A DNA stretch of 64,000 nucleotides from a virus: the IMG/VR virus record IMGVR_UViG_3300030329_003696, positions 102,834-166,833 of that record. One strand, 5' to 3'. How positions within the stretch are numbered: the stretch's first letter is position 1; each line of letters begins with the position of its first letter. A model generated the notes under the pieces. The model saw nothing but the letters and a program-made list of their open reading frames with translations, made no database searches and was not told where the DNA came from. Of this stretch, positions 8,442 through 16,693 are shown one piece after another. The position numbers and the translations under genes are program-made.

Positions 8442-8741
8442 TCATAGTTCTGTACTCCATTCGTGATATTGTTCGGTACTCATAAAACTCATATCTTCAC
8501 CGTGAGCAAGTACCCACGGAAAACCAAATTCATCTTCTACCCATAGTTCAAGCAAATCTAAATTGCCAGCGGCTACAGCTTCGTCAAGTACCTCAGTAGG
8601 TACAGCGACCTTCATAGAACTAATCGCTCCACCTTCAGGGGTTTCTCCAAACCACTCGCACTGTTGCCAGTTCGACGGTTTCAATATCCTGCAAAGTGTA
8701 ACCATACAAACGCCCATCGGGGGCAAAATTCCATCATTCAT
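8442..8741 (-). CDS. Acidic hypothetical protein
   Basis: Coupled to the upstream gene (TAATG overlap). Confidence 0.65.
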   Translation of the reverse strand: MNDGILPPMGVCMVTLCRILKPSNWQQCEWFGETPEGGAISSMKVAVPTEVLDEAVAAGNLDLLELWVEDEFGFPWVLAHGEDMSFMSTEQYHEWSTEL

Positions 8742-9175
8742 TATTCGGTCTCCAAGTCATCCCATTCAATCAGTCCACCGTTAACCATACCACGAACAAA
8801 AGCGTATTCGTTTTTGGCAAGCTGAATTTCATCGGCTTCGTTTTCGCCATAGTCAAAACCACTTTCCATATCGACGAAATCCGTACCGCCTTTATGCGTG
8901 GTGTAAATTGCTTTTTCCTCGAATTGCTTTCTCAGCTTTTCGATGTTGCGAGCTTTTGCCGCTTTCGCTTTTTGGTGTGCGGTTTCGGTTTCTTCTTCTT
9001 CCGCAATCAATTCATTCAAGCGTGCAAGCGTACGACCACCACGAATCTTGTCGTGATACTTTTCAGGCAGCAAATCGTTAGGAACTTCGATGCACTCAGC
9101 GAACACGCCTTCAACGTGTGCATTGAGTTCGTCGATGTTGTTGAATCCGCAGTAAGGTTTAGTTGAGTCTAGCAT
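8741..9175 (-). CDS. Hypothetical protein
   Basis: GAAAGGA RBS and promoter. Confidence 0.7.
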   Translation of the reverse strand: MLDSTKPYCGFNNIDELNAHVEGVFAECIEVPNDLLPEKYHDKIRGGRTLARLNELIAEEEETETAHQKAKAAKARNIEKLRKQFEEKAIYTTHKGGTDFVDMESGFDYGENEADEIQLAKNEYAFVRGMVNGGLIEWDDLETE

Positions 9176-9233
9176 AGTTTTCCTTTCGAGTGTGTTTTGT
9201 ATATCTAAATTTTACTTTATGAAATTGTATTTG

Positions 9234-9389
9234 TCAAGGGGTTTCAGAAACTTTTTCCGACTTTTTTGCTTCTTTGTCTATGACAACCATAGCGTCAATA
9301 ATAGCGTTTGTGGCTGCCCTTGATGCTCCGGCTTCCTTAGCCTTGTGCCATACTTCCCACAACAGTGATTTTAGTTCTTTCGTTTTCAT
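9234..9389 (-). CDS. Small hypothetical protein
   Basis: MKTKELK... with GAAAGG RBS and promoter. Confidence 0.6.
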   Translation of the reverse strand: MKTKELKSLLWEVWHKAKEAGASRAATNAIIDAMVVIDKEAKKSEKVSETP

Positions 9390-9455
9390 TTTCTTTCCTT
9401 TCGTTATGTTTATCATTATACCATAATTATCGGCACTTGTCAATAGCAATCTTAA

Positions 9456-9572
9456 CTAATTCTCATAATAATTTAATATTTTTGTGACAACCCAGCCGAC
9501 TGGAATCAACAACGCCGGAACAATTACGAACATCATCAATTCTTCGTTTTCAATCATCCACTCAAAACTCAT
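9456..9572 (-). CDS. 38-aa single-TM micropeptide
   Basis: MSFEWMIENEELMMFVIVPALLIPVGWVVTKILNYYEN; RBS and promoter. Confidence 0.6.
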   Translation of the reverse strand: MSFEWMIENEELMMFVIVPALLIPVGWVVTKILNYYEN

Positions 9573-9738
9573 AGCTTTCCTTTCGTGTTAACTTCTTAAG
9601 TCTATCATATATATCGGCCACTGTCAAGGGCAATCTTTAGAAAATCTCAAAAAAAAGGCAAAAAATCCCGGCCGGGGCCGCCCGGATCGACTCACTGTCA
9701 ATAGGGAAAGTTTGAAAAAGACAAGTTTTTCCCAGTTT

Positions 9739-9951
9739 TTAGAACCCGCCTAATCCGTGCATGTCGTGCAACACATCCCAAGCCGATTGGGAAGCGTTCC
9801 ATTCATCGACAGTCATTCCGAATTGTTCATGAATTGGGATCTCTTTGACTTCCGATTCTTTCCAGCTATTGCCGTTTGCAATGCTTGGCTTGTCAGAGCC
9901 ACCGATTAACAAATACTGTTTTCCCTGTTCGGGCTTATCTTTTTTAGTCAT
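9739..9951 (-). CDS. Hypothetical protein
   Basis: GAAAGGAAAG RBS. Confidence 0.65.
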   Translation of the reverse strand: MTKKDKPEQGKQYLLIGGSDKPSIANGNSWKESEVKEIPIHEQFGMTVDEWNASQSAWDVLHDMHGLGGF

Positions 9952-10007
9952 AATCTTTCCTTTCGTTGATTTCTTATATTATTATTATCGTCTATGGGCG
10001 TGACACG

Positions 10008-10220
10008 TTAGGTCATCCGAACGTATTTTCCTACAAGTTTATGCCACTTTTTCATGACATATTCGTATTTGCCCTGACACTCAGGATTGCCTATTGCAGC
10101 TCCGGTTGAACCTACCCAACTACAGATTGCCCACTTGTTTGTATGATTGCATCGCACTAGGTAACGCATGCCGGTTGGCGTATCTTTGGTCATTCTGATT
10201 GTATAAGGTTGGTAGTTCAT
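10008..10220 (-). CDS. Hypothetical protein preceded by a sigma54-type site
   Basis: MNYQPY... with GAAAGGAAAG RBS. Confidence 0.65.
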   Translation of the reverse strand: MNYQPYTIRMTKDTPTGMRYLVRCNHTNKWAICSWVGSTGAAIGNPECQGKYEYVMKKWHKLVGKYVRMT

Positions 10221-10257
10221 AATCTTTCCTTTCGATTGCTTTCTATAGTATATATAG

Positions 10258-10274
10258 TGCATTACCCGTGCCAA
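10258..10274 (-). promoter_or_regulatory. sigma54-type site
   Basis: TTGGCACGGGTAATGCA, ~40 nt upstream of the ATG at 10220. Confidence 0.5.
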
Positions 10275-10491
10275 ACGTGCCGATTGAGCCAATAAAATAA
10301 AATAATCTTTTATTAGCCTGTAAAACAAGGGGTTTCAGAACATAAATAAATTTTTGTGTTTTGGCATGGGTTTTGGCATGGCTTGAAAAGTGTTATCAAA
10401 TTGATACAACCTGTTATCAAATTGTCCTAATGCTACTATACAAGTATAATACGAGGTAACCAAAAATCAAAATGATGACACATTAACATAG

Positions 10492-10508
10492 AGCAAATAC
10501 CGTGCCAA
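10492..10508 (-). promoter_or_regulatory. sigma54-type site
   Basis: TTGGCACGGTATTTGCT, near-perfect -24/-12 consensus. Confidence 0.6.
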
Positions 10509-10587
10509 AAATTGCCGACCGGGCGGCCCCGGAGCTGGTGGCTGTCAATAGGGAAAGTTTGAAAAAGACAAACTTTTTCCTAGTTTT

Positions 10588-11112
10588 TTATAGCTCATCT
10601 GGGAAGTCTTCCATGTCAAACAGCTCAACGTGTTTGTGTACCAAGTCCAGAGGGACGGGAAGATTGTACCCTTTGCGGCTTTCCTTTCGTTTAGAAGCCC
10701 ACTGATCCCAGAACCTTTCGCTAGTTGTCCATTTCAATATGATTCCCTCGGTCGGATGAACAAAAGCGAAAACAATATACTCAAACGATTCCGGACATAT
10801 TCCCATAAAGAAAAACCGTTTATTAGTCTGATTGCTATTGGTCACCAAAGCCGATTTTACCTCAACTCTCACAGGGCGGTCTGTAAGCTCAACCGTAATA
10901 TCCCACTCGCCCGTATGAACGGTTTGAGTTGCTTCAAAGCCCATATTTTTAATGTGTGAGAAGACTACGCTTTCAATGCGTGTTCCTCGGTTTGTGGAAG
11001 TCATCTTTGACGCAGCGAAAGAGGATGGGCAATGATCCCCATAAAGCGACTTGTTTCCTTCTTGTCCTTCTGCGTCGATTAACTGATCAAGTGTGATTTC
11101 GTTGTAGCTCAT
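10588..11112 (-). CDS. PD-(D/E)XK restriction-endonuclease-like protein
   Basis: G..IE...WDITV...RVEVKS catalytic pattern. Confidence 0.6.
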   Translation of the reverse strand: MSYNEITLDQLIDAEGQEGNKSLYGDHCPSSFAASKMTSTNRGTRIESVVFSHIKNMGFEATQTVHTGEWDITVELTDRPVRVEVKSALVTNSNQTNKRFFFMGICPESFEYIVFAFVHPTEGIILKWTTSERFWDQWASKRKESRKGYNLPVPLDLVHKHVELFDMEDFPDEL

Positions 11113-11213
11113 TTTTTTACCTTTGCTTGTGTTGTGCTTAATTGCTTATGTCTTAATTATAATATACTTATCGGATTTGTCAAGGGGAATCTTTAATAAT
11201 TCCCAAAGTTTTT

Positions 11214-11522
11214 TTATCCTGCTACCCATGCGTGCAACGATGCTTCATCCCATTTACGGGGAAAGCCCGAAGCATCGCAATCGCTAGGGCAACCGCACTG
11301 AATCCAAACCTTGGCCGAATTCAGAAGCTCGCTCAATGGAGCGTATGGCGAATAATTGAAAACCATAGCGTTGCCGATTGGATCAACGACGTAAGCAATC
11401 AGCTTGGTAACCATTACGTTACCATCTGGATCGAGTTCGCTAATCTTATCAACCCATAGGGTATGATCTTCAAGGCCGTAGTTTTCAGAATTAAAGATAT
11501 TTTTAACAGCTTCAGTTTTCAT
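11214..11522 (-). CDS. Hypothetical protein
   Basis: RBS and promoter. Confidence 0.7.
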   Translation of the reverse strand: MKTEAVKNIFNSENYGLEDHTLWVDKISELDPDGNVMVTKLIAYVVDPIGNAMVFNYSPYAPLSELLNSAKVWIQCGCPSDCDASGFPRKWDEASLHAWVAG

Positions 11523-11599
11523 TTTAACTTTCCTTTGTGTTGTTTTGTTATGTTCTTATTATACTATAACTATCGGCAAAAGTCAAGGGGTATCTTGAA

Positions 11600-11713
11600 C
11601 TATTTTTCAAAAATATTGAAATAAATAATGTGTGCCCCAAGCGTTGCGATTGATACAATAATGCCGGTTGAAACGATAATCTTCGAGAGAATTTCTAATT
11701 GTGCCATTTTCAT
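11600..11713 (-). CDS. 37-aa single-TM micropeptide
   Basis: MKMAQLEILSKIIVSTGIIVSIATLGAHIIYFNIFEK; RBS and promoter. Confidence 0.6.
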   Translation of the reverse strand: MKMAQLEILSKIIVSTGIIVSIATLGAHIIYFNIFEK

Positions 11714-11899
11714 TTTCCTTTGTGTTGTGTTTTTGTTATGCTTCTATTATACATAGATCGGCAGAAATGTCAATAGGCTTTAGCTAAAAATCCAGAAAAA
11801 AAGCAAAGTTTTTCCGGGGCCGCCCGGATCGCCCAGGTGTCAACAGTAAATCTGGTCTTTTTGTCGAAGTACTGTGACGCCCCTAGGCGATTGGTTAGG

Positions 11900-12181
11900 C
11901 TAAGACGGCAAGCATCCGTCAACTATACCACCGTGAGCGTCAAGCTCTGCCTGTACTACCTCAATCGGCACGAAACCATAAACGGTCTCGGTGTAGTCGC
12001 TAGTACCGCACAGCTCTGCATAGTTGCGTAGCTCTGCTGTCTTTGGTGTAGTGGTAGGAAATCCACACTCTACAGTAAGCAGGTTGCCTGCTGTGTTACG
12101 TTGGCAGTAGCTACCATCGTGAGCCTGTACGCTGATATTAAAGCCATCGTTGCAAGTGATTCTAGGATTGTGATTGTACAT
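11900..12181 (-). CDS. Conserved phage hypothetical protein
   Basis: ITCNDGFNISVQA...YC...TVYGFVP...HGGI motif. Confidence 0.75.
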   Translation of the reverse strand: MYNHNPRITCNDGFNISVQAHDGSYCQRNTAGNLLTVECGFPTTTPKTAELRNYAELCGTSDYTETVYGFVPIEVVQAELDAHGGIVDGCLPS

Positions 12182-12297
12182 AAGATAAACCTTTTCTAGT
12201 ATAGTGTAGTTGTGTTGGCCATTGTTATTCTCTTAGGCTTGAGTGGTTATTGTTATAGTGTTAAACCTTCACTCAGGAATAGCTACACGCTACCCAT

Positions 12298-12531
12298 CTA
12301 CTCGTTGGCGGTTCCGTACTTCTCGAAGTATCGACGCATAGCGTCCATCTTGGATTGCGGTACTTCCGTAACGCTGATAGTCTCAACGTCATTATGATAA
12401 TGATTGTAACGGAAGCGGGTTTCACCGTGTTCGTTGGTGAATAGCGAATCCTGCCCAACAGTGCAGAATGTAGTTTCTCGACCTGTTACTGGGTGTATAG
12501 CCAGAACGTCAAAGTTTTTTTTGTTAGTCAT
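12298..12531 (-). CDS. Hypothetical protein
   Basis: RBS and promoter. Confidence 0.65.
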   Translation of the reverse strand: MTNKKNFDVLAIHPVTGRETTFCTVGQDSLFTNEHGETRFRYNHYHNDVETISVTEVPQSKMDAMRRYFEKYGTANE

Positions 12532-12610
12532 ATTGTTACCTTTCGTGAATGACTGTTGTGTGTTATGCTTTAAGTATACCATACTTATCGGCGTTTGTCA
12601 AGTGGTTTCT

Positions 12611-12781
12611 TTAACTATTCATGATATTTTTTAGAATATCTTTTCTAGCCCAAAGCACTTCCAATTCGTTCATTATCTCAGTTTTCTTATAGCGTGAACG
12701 TGCGTTGGCGTGTTCGTTGACTTTCGCTTCAATTTGTCGGTTAGTCGTGAACAGTTTCAGTTTAGCTTCGTTGCGAGTCAT
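12611..12781 (-). CDS. 56-aa helical hypothetical protein (not in ORF track)
   Basis: MTRNEAKLKLF...ILKNIMNS; GAAAGGA RBS and promoter. Confidence 0.6.
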   Translation of the reverse strand: MTRNEAKLKLFTTNRQIEAKVNEHANARSRYKKTEIMNELEVLWARKDILKNIMNS

Positions 12782-12865
12782 GTTGTGTTCCTTTCGAGAA
12801 CGTTGTTTAATTGTTATGTCTTAAGTATATTATATATATCGGCAAAAGTCAATAGCAATCTTTAA

Positions 12866-12964
12866 TTATTTTCCAAGAATATTAAAATAAATTATGTGTC
12901 CGATTAAACCTGCGAAAGCTGTTACTGTGCCGATTGTTACGATTGTTGTTGCGATGATTGTCAT
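12866..12964 (-). CDS. 32-aa single-TM micropeptide, paralog of 11600..11713
   Basis: MTIIATTIVTIGTVTAFAGLIGHIIYFNILGK. Confidence 0.6.
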   Translation of the reverse strand: MTIIATTIVTIGTVTAFAGLIGHIIYFNILGK

Positions 12965-13218
12965 AGTTAACCTTTCGTTGTTGTTTGTTATGCTTTAAGT
13001 ATATCATAAAGATCGGCACTTGTCAATAGTAAACTGAAATAATTCTGAAAAAAAACAGAAAAAATCTGATCCGGGCCCCCCCAGCTTATGTGGTGGGTGT
13101 TTTATCTTCGATGTCAATCTACTTTTCAATAAGAAAAAAGCCCTAGGTGGTTCAGTCACAATTCGGAGCACTCTCTAGGGTTGTCTTACCTAAACCACAC
13201 CATTAAAGTAAATAGGTA

Positions 13219-14085
13219 TTAGTCCGTAGAATCGACTTGTGCCCCATAGATACGCTTCCAGTCTTGATCTTCCCTAACAGAGAGGTTGTAGCTCCACGCT
13301 GCTTCTAATAAAGGACAATCGACGCCCTGTTCTGCAAAAAGAGTAATCATACCATTTAAATCTTTTGGAAAACACTTGCCCCCAAACCCCAATTGACCGT
13401 CAGGTCCCGGTACATTCCAGTGTGACCCTCCCAATCTAGAGTCTGTTTGGTTCGCTGCCCCTATAAATTTATTGTAATCAATACCTAAAGATTCACTAAG
13501 TTGATACATATGATTCGCAAAGGTCACCCTAACCGAAAGATAACTGTTGATTGTATACTTTATTAGCTCTGCCTCTGTGTTTGATACAAATATACATTCA
13601 CACCCCACCCACAATGACTCATGATATCTTTGGAATATGCCCCTTAAGGACTCTGAGTCGCCCTCTGGAAGCCCTAAAACATGATACTTGGCATTGCGTA
13701 GGTCTTCGTAAGCATTTCGCTCTGTGAGGAACTCAGGGTTTGTTACAATCACAATATTACTAAATTCTTTTTTGAGTCGCTCTGAAGTTCCCGGTGACAT
13801 AGTTGATTTTATTAAAACGATGGGCTTGTCTACCCTATTTTCTGACAAATCGCTGATCAATCCTAAACTTTGCTCTAATATTCCCGTATGACACTTACCA
13901 TTTTTATCCATAGGCGTCGGAACTGCCACATAAATTAACTCTGAGCGTGTTACAACGCGATTATAACCCTCTGAAATGTCGCCGTCTCTTGCATCAAACG
14001 CTTCTATTGAATGATGAGAGTTTTCGATGAGGAACTTTTCCATAGAACCACCAACAAAACCTCTACCAATAATACCGATTCTCAT
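13219..14085 (-). CDS. UDP-glucose/GDP-mannose dehydrogenase family protein (short form)
   Basis: GIIGRGFVG Rossmann, VAVPTP, IKSTMSPG, NPEFL and GFGGKCFPKD motifs. Confidence 0.9.
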   Translation of the reverse strand: MRIGIIGRGFVGGSMEKFLIENSHHSIEAFDARDGDISEGYNRVVTRSELIYVAVPTPMDKNGKCHTGILEQSLGLISDLSENRVDKPIVLIKSTMSPGTSERLKKEFSNIVIVTNPEFLTERNAYEDLRNAKYHVLGLPEGDSESLRGIFQRYHESLWVGCECIFVSNTEAELIKYTINSYLSVRVTFANHMYQLSESLGIDYNKFIGAANQTDSRLGGSHWNVPGPDGQLGFGGKCFPKDLNGMITLFAEQGVDCPLLEAAWSYNLSVREDQDWKRIYGAQVDSTD

Positions 14086-14505
14086 AACTTCTCCCTATTT
14101 TGTTATTACATACCAAGACCATTTATACCTGTAAAGATATTACAAGCACTTTAGTTGAGATAGGAAGCAGTTAGGTCTTCAACACTAATTTCTTTACACT
14201 CACTCAATAAATTTGCCTTGAGGCCTTTACAGGTCTAGGTTGGTTGGTCACACAGAGCCTAGATTTCAATTTTGCCTAACCTTGGAGTCCTTGGAAACTC
14301 GCCGGTAACTTCCTAATTCAGCTGGACTTAGGTGAGGCTACAGCCCAATTATTCACTTTATACAAATATTTGCTGAATCTGATCACTTTTCAACCATTGA
14401 TCTACTATATTCTAGCTCTTTTTACAAGTTTTAGCAAAACGTTTTTTGGAATTTTGCCCTCTTCTGTGTATAATAGGATGGAGAGACAGTAACAAGCACT
14501 AAGAT

Positions 14506-14706
14506 ATGGAACAAAAAATGACTGAAAAAATTAATGGTGACAAAAAAAATCCAACGAAATGTGAATCTGTGACTTGCTGCAAGGCGACAGCATCGCTACA
14601 GAAGTCTGTGGCCGAAGATTTGAAGAAGGAAGACAAGAACTTACAGGATATTTTAAATGACGACTCTGAAAACACTGCCGCTGGGGATCAGCCCTGCGAA
14701 GATTAA
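14506..14706 (+). CDS. Hypothetical protein
   Basis: First ORF after the late-type promoter. Confidence 0.55.
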   Translation: MEQKMTEKINGDKKNPTKCESVTCCKATASLQKSVAEDLKKEDKNLQDILNDDSENTAAGDQPCED

Positions 14707-15361
14707 GCAAGAAAAAGTTATAATAGACGCTTGCTGCTTTGATGACCTAAAGCACCCCTATTATTCTGAAGACACAGAGTGTATAAAAGACCACTGCCTA
14801 CAGGATATTGTGGGTTTAGACACTGAATTTATGTATTCAGCCTTTTGTTTTGGCAAAGAAATCGAAACAGATAGTGGTACTCACGGGGAAGTGGGGTTAG
14901 GTAGACTAACCAAAGAGGACGATCAAGTAATTTTACTTAGAGAGTCCGCTATTTTCTACCAAAATCAAGATTCTGGAAGAGTTCCACCCCAAAATGACAA
15001 CGAAATAAACCAAGGCTTCTTTGAAGAAGACTCAAACCTGCTTATATCAGTCTTCCAAACAGACCCTTTAGACTCTCATCTCATACAAAACACACTTTTC
15101 TACAATGGTGGGTATGTAAAACTCACCGATGAGGGTATATTATGCTCCCTAGATGGTCACTTAATTAAATTTAGCCCTCAAGACTTGGTTAAATTTATAT
15201 CTAGAAGTAGTGCTAACATATCAACTGGCCCTATTTCTATTAAACCATTAAAAACTCGGCCCTCTAGAGTCAAAAAAGGAACAGTTATCTTCAACGAAAT
15301 CAAAAGCAAGCTTGAAGTATACGATGGAACAGAGTGGAAAACTCTAAAATGGGAGGACTAA
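14657..15361 (+). CDS. Hypothetical protein with fibre-like C-terminal motif
   Basis: GTVIFNEIKSKLEVYDGTEWK. Confidence 0.55.
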   Translation: MTTLKTLPLGISPAKIKQEKVIIDACCFDDLKHPYYSEDTECIKDHCLQDIVGLDTEFMYSAFCFGKEIETDSGTHGEVGLGRLTKEDDQVILLRESAIFYQNQDSGRVPPQNDNEINQGFFEEDSNLLISVFQTDPLDSHLIQNTLFYNGGYVKLTDEGILCSLDGHLIKFSPQDLVKFISRSSANISTGPISIKPLKTRPSRVKKGTVIFNEIKSKLEVYDGTEWKTLKWED

Positions 15362-15362
15362 C

Positions 15363-15878
15363 ATGAAATTACCCAAAGGAATGACTGAACAACAGGTTAT
15401 AGATCAAATAAATATTGTCTGTAATAGAATATCACCTAGATATACCTTTTATGGATATACAGTTGATGACATAAAACAGGAATCTTTCATTATTTGTATG
15501 GAAGCCCTAAACAGATATGATGGAATTCGCCCTTTGGAAAACTTCCTGAGTGTAAATCTATCTAATCGACTTAAAAATTTCGTGAGAGACAATCACTTTT
15601 TAGGTTCTGAGAACACAGAGAGACAAAAAGTTTACCAACCGGCTCAGTTGGAATACGAGGACTACATAGTAGACGAAGAAAATAAACTTTCTATATCATA
15701 CGATCATATACAAAAGGAAGAAATGGTTGATGCTATTAATAAATACCTACCAGCCAACATGAGAATGGATTATCTCAAGATGATTAATGATGTTTATATT
15801 ACGAAACAACGAAGAGAAGAGATCACAAATATAATTATAGATATTTTACAGGAACACGGTTACCATGAAGAAGGGTAG
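15363..15878 (+). CDS. Phage sigma-factor-like protein
   Basis: Region-2-like DDIKQESFIICMEALNRYD...FL...NRLKNFVR. Confidence 0.65.
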   Translation: MKLPKGMTEQQVIDQINIVCNRISPRYTFYGYTVDDIKQESFIICMEALNRYDGIRPLENFLSVNLSNRLKNFVRDNHFLGSENTERQKVYQPAQLEYEDYIVDEENKLSISYDHIQKEEMVDAINKYLPANMRMDYLKMINDVYITKQRREEITNIIIDILQEHGYHEEG

Positions 15879-16677
15879 ATTCTCTAAAGACGAGATAAAA
15901 TTCATAAAAGAGAATATTGATACCGGTGCAAACCGAATAGCAACCGAACTAAACCGAGATCCTGACAGTGTTTTGGATTTAATCAAGAGAAATGTTGCCA
16001 AGGGCGAGTTTGAGCGTCCAATTTGGATGGAAGATCAGGGCGATGTAGAAAAAGCCAAGTACGATTTAACCTTTAGACCGTATTGGACAGAGCTAAAACA
16101 GCAATTTACCGACGACGAGCTTGAATTATTCCAATACCACTGGGCAAGAATCATCTCACAGTTTAAAGATGATGTGATTCCCACCGAAGAACTACAAGTT
16201 GTTGACCTAATTAAGCTAGAATTGCTAATGAATAGGGCACTCAAGCACAACAAAGAGAACATCGAGCAGATATCAGCCCTAGAAGCCCTCATATTAAGCG
16301 AGAGACAGCGTGATCCAGATCAGGTAGACAAAGACGCCTTGTTTAATATGGAGCGTCAGGTGGCCTCTCTGAAGGCCTCACAGGAGTCTTTGAATCGTGA
16401 CTACAGAGATTTACAAACAAAGAAGAACTCGATGTTAAAGGAAATGAAGGCGACCCGTGAGCAACGAGTTAAAAGATTAGAAGATAGTAAACAGAACTTT
16501 ACTAGTTGGATGTCGTATCTTGTAGCTAATCCGGAAGTAACAAATGCTTATGGTCTTGAGATGGAAAAAATGAGATTAGCAATGAACAAGGAAAAAGAAA
16601 GACTAGCACAATACCACAAATATACGGATGAGATGGTAGATCAACCATTTCTAACACCCGAAACAGTTAAAGACTAA
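15865..16677 (+). CDS. HTH + coiled-coil protein (terminase small subunit candidate)
   Basis: N-terminal GRFSKDEIKFI...IATELNR, long helical C-terminus, upstream of terminase. Confidence 0.4.
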   Translation: MKKGRFSKDEIKFIKENIDTGANRIATELNRDPDSVLDLIKRNVAKGEFERPIWMEDQGDVEKAKYDLTFRPYWTELKQQFTDDELELFQYHWARIISQFKDDVIPTEELQVVDLIKLELLMNRALKHNKENIEQISALEALILSERQRDPDQVDKDALFNMERQVASLKASQESLNRDYRDLQTKKNSMLKEMKATREQRVKRLEDSKQNFTSWMSYLVANPEVTNAYGLEMEKMRLAMNKEKERLAQYHKYTDEMVDQPFLTPETVKD

Positions 16678-16693
16678 AAGGAACAGGACTAAA

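Larger units (their letters stand above)
260..13030 (-). promoter_or_regulatory. Family of ~20 sigma70-like early promoters, TTGAC(A)-N5/6-CCGAT-..-TATAAT/TATAGT
   Basis: Copies at about 262-287, 1810-1837, 3265-3292, 4706-4734, 4936-4963, 5865-5892, 6316-6343, 6673-6700, 7530-7557, 8002-8027, 9416-9443, 9600-9627, 11157-11183, 11560-11586, 11745-11773, 12575-12601, 12825-12852, 13000-13026. Each has A/T tracts upstream, and most are followed by a GAAAGG RBS. Confidence 0.85.
674..13084. repeat. Dispersed family of ten GC-rich palindromic elements CCGGG-N4-CCCGG(-N10-TGTCAA)
   Basis: Cores at 674, 1922, 3363, 5046, 6782, 8071, 9672, 10519, 11814 and 13071 (last degenerate); all intergenic. 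Confidence 0.95.

Noticed and set aside
124-12634. Plus-strand ORFs in the early region
   Set aside because: Antisense to genes that have promoters and RBSs, or they span repeats and A/T tracts
674-13084. GC elements as a CRISPR array or integron attC sites
   Set aside because: Spacing is about 1-1.7 kb with several genes between copies; no GTTRRRY/RYYYAAC ends; no cas or integrase gene in the window
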